Shown piece after piece: positions 48,034-57,071 of a stretch of 58,591 nt of DNA (its first letter is position 1; each line of letters begins with the position of its first letter). Below the pieces are notes generated by a model. The model searched no databases. It was given only the letters and a program-made list of their open reading frames with translations, and was not told the origin of the DNA. Both the position numbers and the translations under genes were made by a program. The stretch is from contig CANPXS010000003.1 of the NCBI GenBank assembly GCA_947586625.1, forward strand, positions 1 to 58,591. Direction: 5' to 3'. The stretch comes from an uncultured Clostridia bacterium. GTDB lineage: Bacteria; Bacillota; Clostridia; Oscillospirales; CAG-272.

Positions 48034-49457
48034 TCGTAATCCTCCTCCTCGTCGTCCTCCTGATACTCGGACGAGCCCGAGCCGCCGGCAAATATTGTCG
48101 ATACTGCTACGCCGTTTTTGATGTCCTCGATCGCCTGATTGTGCTCGGCGAGCGTTTCCGAAAAGACTGACAGTCCGTCGTTGTTTGCGACAAAATAGAA
48201 GTAGTCGGTGGCGCGCGGATATATCGCGTACGTGATCGCCGCCGTGCCGGGATTGCATATCGGACCGGGCGGCAGACCGCGGTACTTGTACGTGTTGTAT
48301 GGCGAGTCGTATTCGGTGCCGGTGAGCGTGTCGGGGCGTTCGCCCATATCGTTGAACATCGCGTACATTATAGTCGCGTCAGATTCAAGATACGGGTACG
48401 AGGCGCTGTTTTTGAGCCTGTTGTCAAATACGGACGAGACGAGCGGGAATTCTGCCTGCCCGCCGGCTTCCGCTTCGACCATCGACGCGAGTATCATCGC
48501 CTGATCGACCGTCATGCCTTTAGAATGGACGTAGTCACGGAATTCATCGGTGAATTTGACCTCGAAATTGTCGAGCAGCTTCGATATCGCCATGACCTCG
48601 CTCGAATCGGTGAAAAAGTAGTAGGTGTCTGGGAAGAGGTAGCCGTCGAGACGGTAATATCTGTCCTCGGACCAGCCGTTTTCCTCGAGCTCGTCGATAA
48701 ACCAGTAGTTGAAATCGTCGCTCCAATCGTAGTTGTTTATAGCTTCGACGAATCCCTCCTCGGTGCCTATCCCGTTTTCAACGAAAAGGTCTATTATCTC
48801 CTTTGTCGTCATGCCTTCGGGAATAGTGATAGAGATCTGCTCGACGTCGTGCGTCGGCTTGAACGCGTCGATGAACTGACCGTAATTGAGCGTCTTTGAA
48901 AGCGAATAGTCGCCCGCGACGAAAACGCCGTAGTCGGGATCGTTCTCGTTTTCGGTGAACTGCGCGTACAGCTTGAATATTTTCGGGTACGATATGAGCC
49001 CGTTTTCATAGAGCAGATCGGCAATATCGTTGAGCGTCGCCGCCTCGGGCACCGTCACGTCGACGACCTCGTCGTCCTTGACGAGAGCGAATACGTCGTT
49101 GCCTATCGGTATGACGACAAATAGCGCGAGCGCCACGCCGACGACGATAATAAACATGAGGTATACAATGCCCTTTATCGTGCCGACGATAGCGCCTGTC
49201 ACGCCGTTTACGTGGCGGTTTATATCCTTTTCTTCGCTTTCGTCGGACTCGTCGGCGTCGTCGTCGGGAACGTCGCCGTTTATGGACGCCGATCTGTATT
49301 TGTCGTTAACGTCAGCGTCGGCGACCGCGCCGACGGACGATTTTATCGTATCGCCCGAGTCAGCGCTTTTTTCGGATGCGCGGACTGCGGGACGTATCTT
49401 GACTGTATGAGCTTCGCGCGGTACGGTTCCGCGTTCATCGCCGCTATTATCATGCAT
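48030..49457 (-). CDS. mltG: Endolytic transglycosylase MltG
   Basis: TM, ITIPEG, LDGYLFPDTY, LASMVEAE, LESDAT, SPYNTY.YRGLPPGPICNPG, YFYFV. Confidence 0.95.
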   Translation of the reverse strand: MHDNSGDERGTVPREAHTVKIRPAVRASEKSADSGDTIKSSVGAVADADVNDKYRSASINGDVPDDDADESDESEEKDINRHVNGVTGAIVGTIKGIVYLMFIIVVGVALALFVVIPIGNDVFALVKDDEVVDVTVPEAATLNDIADLLYENGLISYPKIFKLYAQFTENENDPDYGVFVAGDYSLSKTLNYGQFIDAFKPTHDVEQISITIPEGMTTKEIIDLFVENGIGTEEGFVEAINNYDWSDDFNYWFIDELEENGWSEDRYYRLDGYLFPDTYYFFTDSSEVMAISKLLDNFEVKFTDEFRDYVHSKGMTVDQAMILASMVEAEAGGQAEFPLVSSVFDNRLKNSASYPYLESDATIMYAMFNDMGERPDTLTGTEYDSPYNTYKYRGLPPGPICNPGTAAITYAIYPRATDYFYFVANNDGLSVFSETLAEHNQAIEDIKNGVAVSTIFAGGSGSSEYQEDDEEEDYE

Positions 49458-49483
49458 GAAAGAACGACTCCTTTCTCCCGCCG

Positions 49484-50383
49484 TCACAGAAGAACGGCGA
49501 GTATGTATATGAGCAGACATGCGGCAAACGGTATCGTCATGACGGCATAGACTGCCGGCGTGCGCTTTTCCTTCGGTCGCACATACGAGCTGTCAGCATT
49601 ATAGACGCCGTAGCTTTTATAAAGTCTGCCTGCCTCGCCGAACAGAAGCGCGAACGAAAGTATCGTCAGCGCGGTCACGAGAAATGAAAAAATAACTATG
49701 TTGCGAGGCTGAAGTATGCTGTTCCAGATGTAATCCTCAAAAAACAGAGTGAAGATGTTGTTCGCAGTGTGTACGACCATCGAGGCGAGCACCGAACGGC
49801 ACGCGTAGACCGTCATCGCGAGTATTACGCCCGAGATAAAATAAACGGGAATGAGCGTCAAGTCGAAGTGCAGCATCGTGAAAAGAACGGAACTGAGTAC
49901 GACCGCCGCCGCGACGCCGCAGTCCTCATATTCGGCGAGCATGATGCCGCGGAACACGAGCTCCTCCGTTATTGCGGGGAACAGAGCGAACGAAAGGCAC
50001 GCGAAAATGACCGAATCGCCGTATCCGGCGCTCGGCGTGAAAACGTGATAGATAAGTCCCGTTTCAGGCGTATAGTGAAGCGCCGAATTTATCCACAGCT
50101 TGATCGTACACGTTGAAAGTATGAGCGTTATCGTTGAAATAAGAATGAACGGTATGCTCCCCGGTTCGAAAAGTCTGAACCGTATCGTGCTCGAATATCC
50201 GCCGCCGCGCAACCTGCAGAAGAACAGCGCCGGCATCGCGAATATGAGAAGCTCAAAAATAATGACGGTCAGATACGGGTTCGTGCCGCCGAGCTTCGAC
50301 GTGTCGACGAGTTCCGAGCCGAGCAGAAGCAGAAATATGACTGCGCACAGCGTCGGCGCTGCGTTAACGGACCGTATTTTCAA
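49484..50383 (-). CDS. CPBP family intramembrane metalloprotease
   Basis: PAITEELVFRG, FTMLH, HTANN. Confidence 0.88.
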   Translation of the reverse strand: MKIRSVNAAPTLCAVIFLLLLGSELVDTSKLGGTNPYLTVIIFELLIFAMPALFFCRLRGGGYSSTIRFRLFEPGSIPFILISTITLILSTCTIKLWINSALHYTPETGLIYHVFTPSAGYGDSVIFACLSFALFPAITEELVFRGIMLAEYEDCGVAAAVVLSSVLFTMLHFDLTLIPVYFISGVILAMTVYACRSVLASMVVHTANNIFTLFFEDYIWNSILQPRNIVIFSFLVTALTILSFALLFGEAGRLYKSYGVYNADSSYVRPKEKRTPAVYAVMTIPFAACLLIYILAVLL

Positions 50384-50972
50384 GCGTGGGACGCACTCCT
50401 TTTTCCGTTATGAGAAGTCCGGCTCTGATGTCGTAGCGTCCGTGCGGCAGCGACGGGACGACGAAGTCGGAGAATATGACGCCGACGACGGAGCCCTTGT
50501 AGGCGTTGAAGAATCTGTCGTAGTAGCCGCCGCCGTAGCCGAGGCGGTAGCCGTACTTGTCGAACGCTATCGCGGGCGCGAACGCGAGCGAGCCGCGCGT
50601 GTCGTCGCTCGGGTCATAGAGCGGTGCGTCCTCGCGGGGCTCGAGCAGTCCGAAGCTGCCGGGCTCGAGCTCGTCGAGGGAGTTCACGATGTGATACGTC
50701 ATGTACGCGAACGAATCCTCGGGCTTATGACATCGCGGGAACGCGACCGATTTGCCCGCGTCCCACGCCGCTTTCGCGATCGGCGTCACGTCGACCTCGA
50801 CCTTTTTCGGTGCGTAGAGAAGTATCGTCTGCGACAGACGGAAGCCGGAGAGCGCGACCGCGCGCTCGCATATGGCGCGGCTCATCTCGTCGCGCTTTTC
50901 CTGCGGTATGGCTTCGCGTGCCGCGATGTACTTTTCGCGCAGCTCGGCCTTCTGTGCCTTCATGTAATTCAT
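50364..50972 (-). CDS. 5-formyltetrahydrofolate cyclo-ligase
   Basis: K.ELR, GLLEP, PAIAFDK.GYRLGYGGGYYDRF. Confidence 0.93.
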   Translation of the reverse strand: MNYMKAQKAELREKYIAAREAIPQEKRDEMSRAICERAVALSGFRLSQTILLYAPKKVEVDVTPIAKAAWDAGKSVAFPRCHKPEDSFAYMTYHIVNSLDELEPGSFGLLEPREDAPLYDPSDDTRGSLAFAPAIAFDKYGYRLGYGGGYYDRFFNAYKGSVVGVIFSDFVVPSLPHGRYDIRAGLLITEKGVRPTLENTVR

Positions 50973-51006
50973 ATATTGTCCTTTCCTTTCGAAGCCTGTA
51001 AGTCGT

Positions 51007-51633
51007 TTACGCGCGGTATCCGTCCCGCGCGCGGTCGACGGTGTCGTCAGATGCGATTATTTTCAACAGAACAGGTAAGCAACGGTATCCGTCGCGCGCG
51101 CGGTCAACGGTTTCGTCGGCCTTATCTTTACCGAGTATAGACGCGACGAGAGCGTGCCCGAAATCGAGGGTGAAGCCCGCCGCCTTCGCGGTCACTATTT
51201 TGCCGTCGACGACGACCGGCGCGTTCTCCACGACTGCGCCTTTGAGTTCACCCGTATACGCGGAGAACGATACGGCGCGGCGTCCCGCCAAAAGTCCGAG
51301 ACTGCCGAATATCGACGGTGCCGCGCATATCGCGCCGATAACGGCGCCCTTTTCATACGCCGCCAAAACGGCGCGTCTGACGTCGGCTGACGCTGAGAGA
51401 TTGTCGGTCCCGGGCTGCCCGCCGGGAAGAACGACCGCCTCCATGTCGTCGATCCTGACATCATCAATTCCGATGTCGGCGGTGACGGGTATGCCGTGCG
51501 AGCCGGTCACGACGCGTCCGCCGCCGCTGCCTACGGCGACGGTCAGAACAGACAGCCCCGCGCGGCGCATTATATCGACGGGAGTTATCGCCTCTATCTC
51601 CTCAAATCCGTTTGCGAGAAATACGTATACCAT
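51007..51633 (-). CDS. DJ-1/ThiJ/YajL family protein with duplicated C-terminal tail
   Basis: LANGFEEIEAITPVDI.RRAG, LPGG.PG, AICAAP. Confidence 0.92.
   Translation of the reverse strand: MVYVFLANGFEEIEAITPVDIMRRAGLSVLTVAVGSGGGRVVTGSHGIPVTADIGIDDVRIDDMEAVVLPGGQPGTDNLSASADVRRAVLAAYEKGAVIGAICAAPSIFGSLGLLAGRRAVSFSAYTGELKGAVVENAPVVVDGKIVTAKAAGFTLDFGHALVASILGKDKADETVDRARDGYRCLPVLLKIIASDDTVDRARDGYRA
51014..51117. repeat. 35 bp direct repeat (32/35 identical) separated by 34 bp
   Basis: cggtatccgtcccgcgcgcggtcgacggtgtcgtc at 51014-51048 and cggtatccgtcgcgcgcgcggtcaacggtttcgtc at 51083-51117. Confidence 0.9.
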
Positions 51634-51635
51634 GA

Positions 51636-52298
51636 CTACACCTCTATGTTGAGTACGCCGCATACGGCGCGCTTGATTTCATTGAATATTTCGTCCTTCG
51701 GGCGCATCGCACAGCCGCGCGTGGCCTGCACCGTCCGCCAGCCGAACGTCTCGCTCGCATATCTGCCCGCTTCATGGCATCGCGCCATGAAGTCCGCGTC
51801 GCGCTCGTGTACGTCGCGCTCGCGTCCGCGCGACTCTATCATCGCGCGCGACAGCTCGGGCGTTATCTCAAGATAAACGACGAGGTCGGGGCGGGGAAGT
51901 ATCAGCTTCGAAAACTCGAAGTCGCAGAGCCAATCGGCAAAATCGCGCCACGACCCGCGCGGGAGCTTGGAAAGCTGATGTATCAGATTCGCCGTCGTGT
52001 ATCTGTCCGCCAAAACGACCGTGTCGGGGTCGTTATAGTCGGCGCGCCAGTCGGTGACGTATGAGACGTACCTGTCGGCGGCGAAGAACATCGATGCCGC
52101 GTAAGCGTTCGTGTCGTCGGCGTTCCCGAGCGCGCCCGAGAGATACATGCGGACGAGAACGGAGCTGTCATTTTCATAGACGGGAAATTTCAGCTTGCGC
52201 ACGCGGACGCCGCGACCTTCGAGATATGACGCGAGCATCTCGTACTGCGTGCTTTTGCCCGAGCCGTCGAGCCCGTCTATGGCGATAAGTCTGCCCAC
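51636..52298 (-). CDS. tmk: Thymidylate kinase
   Basis: IDGLDGSGKSTQ, FP.Y, FAADR, DRYTT, DVHERD; GGAGGT RBS with GTG start. Confidence 0.9.
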   Translation of the reverse strand: MGRLIAIDGLDGSGKSTQYEMLASYLEGRGVRVRKLKFPVYENDSSVLVRMYLSGALGNADDTNAYAASMFFAADRYVSYVTDWRADYNDPDTVVLADRYTTANLIHQLSKLPRGSWRDFADWLCDFEFSKLILPRPDLVVYLEITPELSRAMIESRGRERDVHERDADFMARCHEAGRYASETFGWRTVQATRGCAMRPKDEIFNEIKRAVCGVLNIEV

Positions 52299-52303
52299 GA
52301 CCG

Positions 52304-52648
52304 TCACCTCCGATCGCGTTTCTGCTTCTGTATGTCGTAATGCTTGACTATCTTCGATACGACATACACGGCGGTTACGGCGACGATGAGCACGCCGAGC
52401 CATATCAGTATGACAAGACCGCCGAACGCCGGACCCTTTATCATCGTTGCGGCTATGAGCGACGCCAATATAACGAATATGACGCACGACATCAGCGCGG
52501 ACGCGCGCTTTTTTTTGCGCTCCATCCGTTTCAGCTCGTCGTCGGTCAGCGCCGGCTCGTCGCCGAATCTGTACCCGCATTCGGAGCAATTCTGTGCGTT
52601 CGGCGGGTTTATTGTATGACAAACGGGACAATTTTTATACTTTTCCAT
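52304..52648 (-). CDS. Zinc-ribbon membrane protein
   Basis: CPVC...CSECG plus two TM segments. Confidence 0.75.
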   Translation of the reverse strand: MEKYKNCPVCHTINPPNAQNCSECGYRFGDEPALTDDELKRMERKKKRASALMSCVIFVILASLIAATMIKGPAFGGLVILIWLGVLIVAVTAVYVVSKIVKHYDIQKQKRDRR

Positions 52649-52678
52649 AATATTCTGCCTTCATGATCGTCGTATCAT

Positions 52679-55540
52679 TCAGTCGAGCTCGCCGCGCAGA
52701 ACGATCTCCTGGAACTGCTGGCGCGATATGAGCACCTCGCGCGGACGCGGACCGTCGGGCGGTCCGACGTATCCGAGCGTTTCCATGCGATCGATGAGCT
52801 TGGCGGCTCGCCCGTACCCGAGCGAGAGCCTGCGCTGTATGAGAGACGTCGATATCTTGCCGGAGTCGACGGCGAGCTCGAGCGCCTGACGCAGCATCGG
52901 ATCGTCGAACGTCTCCCCGCCGCCCGATTCGTCGTCGGAGGACGCGGCGGCTCCGCGTCCTTTCTTGCCTGCACCGCACTGACGCGCAGCTTCTTCGATG
53001 CCCTCGATGGCGTCCTCGTCGTAGTGAGGCACAGGACACGAGCCCTTGAGGAAGTCGGTGACGACTTCCACCTCGCTGTCGCTGACGAAAGCGCCCTGCA
53101 CGCGCTGCGGCTTCATCGAGCCTATCGGCGCATAGAGCATATCGCCGCGTCCGAGCAGCTTTTCTGCGCCGCCCGTGCCGAGTATCGTGCGGCTGTCGAC
53201 CTGCTGCGCGACCGTGAGCGCGATGCGGGACGGAAAGTTGGCTTTGATAAGTCCCGTCACGACGTCGACGGAGGGACGTTGCGTACCGATTATGACGTGG
53301 ACGCCCGCCGCGCGCCCCTTCTGCGCTATGCGGCATATGGACGTCTCGACGTCGTCGGGAGCCGTCATCATAAGATCGGCAAGCTCGTCGATGATTATGA
53401 CGAGATACGGCATGAACTGCTTTTCGGGATCGTTTTCGGTGACCTTGTTGTAGCTGTCGATGTTTCGCACGCCGACGTCGCGTATCATCTCGTACCGCTT
53501 TTCCATCTCACCGACTGCCCATGAAAGCGTTCCCGCAGCTTTTTTCGCGTCGCACACGACGGGAACGTGCAGATGCGGTATGCCGTCGTAGGGTACGAAT
53601 TCGACCTGCTTCGGGTCGATCATGATAAGTCGCACCTGATCGGGACGCGCGCGGTAGAGAATGCTCATGATTATGCAGTTGATGCAGACCGATTTACCGC
53701 CGCCAGTCGTACCGGCTATGAGAAGATGGGGCATTTTGGCGATGTCGCAGTAGACGGGAGCACCGGCGACGTCGCAGCCGAGCGCGGCGGTAAGAAGACT
53801 CTTTGCGTTCGCGAATTGGTCTGTTTCAAGAAGCTGACGGAGCGAAACAGTCTCGCGCACTCTGTTAGGCACCTCGACGCCGACGGCGGCCTTGCCCGGT
53901 ATCGGCGCTTCGATTCGAACGCTCTGTGCGGCGAGATTAAGCGCGATGTCGTCGGACAGATTCGCTATCGCGGACACGCGCGTGCCCGTTTCGGGCGTCA
54001 GCTCATAGCGGGTGATAGTCGGACCGTGCGCGACGTCGGATATCTTTGTTTTGACCTTGAAGCTGCGGAGAGTGTCGACGAGACGCTGCGCCGTCTGCCG
54101 CAGCTCCTCAAGATCGGCGGATGTCGCCGCTGCAGGCGGCGTCAATAATGAAATAGGTGGGAACTCATAGACCTTTACAGGCTCGTCCGGCTCATCCGGG
54201 ACCGGCGCGATACCGTCGGGCTCCGATATCGACTCGACCATCGCCTCGATATCATCGTCGTCGTAGCCGGGATCGTCGTCAAGACCTCCGCTTACCTCGG
54301 AGACTGCGTTCGGGTCGATGCTCGAGATAGCGCTTCGCAGAAGCGCGTCGAGTTCGTCGTCGCTCACGTCATTATTATCGCCGTTGGCGGACGCATTCGT
54401 GTCCGTATCACAAGTACTTTCACTGCCGATATTGAGTATATCGGAAATATCGTCACCGCCGCCCTCGCCGCTCTCGGTCACGTCCGCGGGCGCGACAGGC
54501 TCCGGCGATATGACGCGGCGCACCTTTGCAGTCGATTTCGCCTCCGACGGCGTATCTACCTTTGCACTGTTATCCTGCGTCTCGCCGCCGTTTGCTTCAA
54601 ACGACTGCTCGCCGTAGCGTTCGCGCGTGCGGCGCATGACCTCGTCGAATATCTTTTTATCTATCTCGTCGCGCTCGTCGGCGCTGTCGGCTGTATCTTC
54701 GTCCGTCTCGCGCACGTCCTGCGACATGTCGACGTCTGTGTTGAATTTCTTTGCGCCGCGTCCTTTTTTCGATACCTTGATATCGGACTTGTCCACCATC
54801 GCGGGCGGTATATCGGACGGGTCGACGTGCATAGTCTCGGCGGCCGCCTCCGCTTCCTCGAGCAGACGCTCGCGCTGACGCGCGTCATATTCCGCGATGC
54901 GCTCGCGCCTGTCGGCGCGCTTATCCCTCATCCTTTGACGCAGCATCGAAAATACGACGGCGGGCGTCAGTCCGAACAGCAAGAGACATAGAACGAACAG
55001 TATCGCGGCGATAATAATTATTGATATTATCCGTCCGAAGCATGTGATGAATACGGAACCCAAAAGCCCGCCGACAACGCCGCCGCTCGTGTTGGCAACG
55101 CCGCTGTCATAGAGAGCCTTCACAGAAAAATCGGCTTTGCCGGACAGAAGTATATGCATGAGCGTTGCGAAGAGCAGCCATATCGCAAACGAGCACCAGA
55201 AGCGCCATCCGACGCGGCGCGGATCATCGTCATCGTGCCAGAACACGCCGAGCAGAATGAGTATCACCGGCGTCGCGTACGCGGATACGGACAAAAGACC
55301 GAACATCGCGCCGCGCAGAAAATGGACGACGACGCCCTCGTCGGGCAGTACGAGTATCAGAAGCGACAGAAGCGCGCATACGTAGAATACGAACGGCAGT
55401 ATCTGACGCCACACGCCTGACGGCGGCGCGCTTTTTGCTTTGTTTGTCTTTACCCTCGACGTAGTTGACGGCGTTTTCTTTTTCGACGTGCCTTTTGCCG
55501 ATGTTTTCTTCGCGCCGCCTGTGCTTTTTCCGGATGCCAT
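52679..55540 (-). CDS. ftsK: DNA translocase FtsK/SpoIIIE
   Basis: N-terminal TMs, PHLLIAGTTGGGKS, IIDELADLMM, TQRPSVDV, GAEKLLGRGDML, gamma domain QRRLSLGYGRAA. Confidence 0.97.
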   Translation of the reverse strand: MASGKSTGGAKKTSAKGTSKKKTPSTTSRVKTNKAKSAPPSGVWRQILPFVFYVCALLSLLILVLPDEGVVVHFLRGAMFGLLSVSAYATPVILILLGVFWHDDDDPRRVGWRFWCSFAIWLLFATLMHILLSGKADFSVKALYDSGVANTSGGVVGGLLGSVFITCFGRIISIIIIAAILFVLCLLLFGLTPAVVFSMLRQRMRDKRADRRERIAEYDARQRERLLEEAEAAAETMHVDPSDIPPAMVDKSDIKVSKKGRGAKKFNTDVDMSQDVRETDEDTADSADERDEIDKKIFDEVMRRTRERYGEQSFEANGGETQDNSAKVDTPSEAKSTAKVRRVISPEPVAPADVTESGEGGGDDISDILNIGSESTCDTDTNASANGDNNDVSDDELDALLRSAISSIDPNAVSEVSGGLDDDPGYDDDDIEAMVESISEPDGIAPVPDEPDEPVKVYEFPPISLLTPPAAATSADLEELRQTAQRLVDTLRSFKVKTKISDVAHGPTITRYELTPETGTRVSAIANLSDDIALNLAAQSVRIEAPIPGKAAVGVEVPNRVRETVSLRQLLETDQFANAKSLLTAALGCDVAGAPVYCDIAKMPHLLIAGTTGGGKSVCINCIIMSILYRARPDQVRLIMIDPKQVEFVPYDGIPHLHVPVVCDAKKAAGTLSWAVGEMEKRYEMIRDVGVRNIDSYNKVTENDPEKQFMPYLVIIIDELADLMMTAPDDVETSICRIAQKGRAAGVHVIIGTQRPSVDVVTGLIKANFPSRIALTVAQQVDSRTILGTGGAEKLLGRGDMLYAPIGSMKPQRVQGAFVSDSEVEVVTDFLKGSCPVPHYDEDAIEGIEEAARQCGAGKKGRGAAASSDDESGGGETFDDPMLRQALELAVDSGKISTSLIQRRLSLGYGRAAKLIDRMETLGYVGPPDGPRPREVLISRQQFQEIVLRGELD

Positions 55541-55686
55541 TTATGTAAAACCTGCTTATACCTGAAATAAATTTAATGCGGGAAAGAACGGCGAAATAAA
55601 CGGCCGCTATTCGTCCCGAGTATATCATAACAGATTTTGAGTCAAAATACAAGTACATGAAAGACAATATTGAGGATATTATTTTT

Positions 55687-56100
55687 ATGAAGAGTTTATA
55701 TGACGGACGAAGCATCGGCATATCGGCAGCGGTATATACCGCGGGCGCGGGATTTCTTGCCGGGGTGTGCAACGGCATGATAGGCTGCGGAGGCGGCGTG
55801 ATCATCGTGTATGCGCTGTCGCGCCTCTACGAAAACGACCCCGAGCGAACGTCCCGCGACGTGTTCGCGTCCGCGGTGGCGGCGATACTGCCTATGTCGC
55901 TTGTGTCAACGCTTTTATATACGGCGTCGGGCGTCGCCGACTCCGGTGCGGTGAAATATATAGTTCCGGCGGTGACGGGCGGCATCGTCGGCGCGTACTT
56001 TCTCGATAAAATAAATCAGACTTTTCTGCGGCGGCTGTTCGGACTGCTCGTCATGTGGGCGGGAGTATCGCTGATACTGCGCCGCGCAGGGATAATGTGA
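55687..56100 (+). CDS. TauE/SafE (TSUP) family transporter, half protein 1
   Basis: AG..NG..G.GGG, GG..GA..L.KI....LRRLFG. Confidence 0.8.
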   Translation: MKSLYDGRSIGISAAVYTAGAGFLAGVCNGMIGCGGGVIIVYALSRLYENDPERTSRDVFASAVAAILPMSLVSTLLYTASGVADSGAVKYIVPAVTGGIVGAYFLDKINQTFLRRLFGLLVMWAGVSLILRRAGIM

Positions 56101-56462
56101 TGAGCATAATAGAGATACTGACAGCGTTTCTGTGCGCGGCGCTCTCGGGTATGGGGGTCGGCGGCGGGGGACTTTTGCTCATTTACATCGCGATGTTTAC
56201 CGATACGCCGCAGAAGGAGGCGCAGCTCTATAATCTCATTTTCTTTATGTGCGCGTCAGCGTCCGCGCTTTTGCTGCACGTAAAAAAGCGCCGACTCGAC
56301 CTTCGTGTCATATCGCTGCTCGCCTTGTCCGGCGTGCCGGGAGCCGTTGTCGGCAGCGTCATACTGCGCGGACTCGGCGACGGCGCCGTAGGCACGATAC
56401 TCGGCGGATTTCTGTTTCTTTCGGGCGCCGCGTCGCTTTTTTCACGCGAAAAGCAAAAATAA
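56100..56462 (+). CDS. TauE/SafE (TSUP) family transporter, half protein 2
   Basis: LSGMGVGGGGLL, Q.EAQ..NL.FF. Confidence 0.8.
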   Translation: MSIIEILTAFLCAALSGMGVGGGGLLLIYIAMFTDTPQKEAQLYNLIFFMCASASALLLHVKKRRLDLRVISLLALSGVPGAVVGSVILRGLGDGAVGTILGGFLFLSGAASLFSREKQK

Positions 56463-56497
56463 ATTTGTTTCGCGAGCGCATTTTGTGCAATCGCATA

Positions 56498-56526
56498 TTT
56501 ACAACGCGAGTTTTTCGTGATATAAT
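56498..56526 (+). promoter_or_regulatory. rpsO promoter
   Basis: TTTACA-17-TATAAT with TG. Confidence 0.7.
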
Positions 56527-56532
56527 GCTTTC

Positions 56533-56611
56533 AGCGCTCGGCACGGGACGCGGGGAAGTTTTCACCGTCCGCATCCTGAGTCGTGACGCAATATGAAAAT
56601 GAGGTGAAAAA
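56533..56611 (+). promoter_or_regulatory. Putative S15 autoregulatory leader RNA
   Basis: GC-rich foldable 5' UTR (ggga/tcct, gcgg/ccgc pairings) between promoter and rpsO; position typical of S15 leaders. Confidence 0.45.
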
Positions 56612-56881
56612 ATGGCACTCACAAAAGAAGGCAAGCAGGAGATCATCGAAAAGTACGCTATCCACGAAGGCGACACGGGCAGCCCCGAGGTCCAGATAGC
56701 GATCCTTACCGAGCGTATCAATCAGCTCACCGAGCACCTGAAGAACAACAAGAAGGACCACCACAGCCGCAGAGGTCTGCTCAAGATGGTCGGACACCGT
56801 CGCAATCTGCTCGGCTATCTCCAGAAGGTCGACATCGAGCGTTACCGTGCGATCGTTGACAAGCTCGGCATCAGAAAGTAA
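56612..56881 (+). CDS. rpsO: 30S ribosomal protein S15
   Basis: [37 protein letters not shown]. Confidence 0.98.
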   Translation: MALTKEGKQEIIEKYAIHEGDTGSPEVQIAILTERINQLTEHLKNNKKDHHSRRGLLKMVGHRRNLLGYLQKVDIERYRAIVDKLGIRK

Positions 56882-56906
56882 TCCAGCAGCCGAAGAAAAA
56901 CAAAAA

Positions 56907-57040
56907 CGGTATGCCGCGTCTGTCGGCGCGGCATACCGACCTGGACGGGCGCTTTTCGGAATAGCATTTACAAACGTGCGCACGGCACACATGCGCAAAG
57001 AGTGCGCGCGTTTGTAAGTGTTAGTCCGTGAAGACGCCCC
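56907..57040 (+). promoter_or_regulatory. rpsO 3' hairpin plus long pnp leader stem (putative RNase III site)
   Basis: 12 bp hairpin 56907-56938; 22 bp stem 56962-56983/57002-57023 whose three mismatches are all G-U. Confidence 0.65.
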
Positions 57041-57071
57041 CGAAAAACAAATAGGGAGGATTCAAGCACAG

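Noticed and set aside
51014-51117. 35 bp repeat / 34 bp spacer resembling a minimal CRISPR array
   Set aside because: Only two copies, inside a coding frame, differences at third codon positions, no cas genes or leader.
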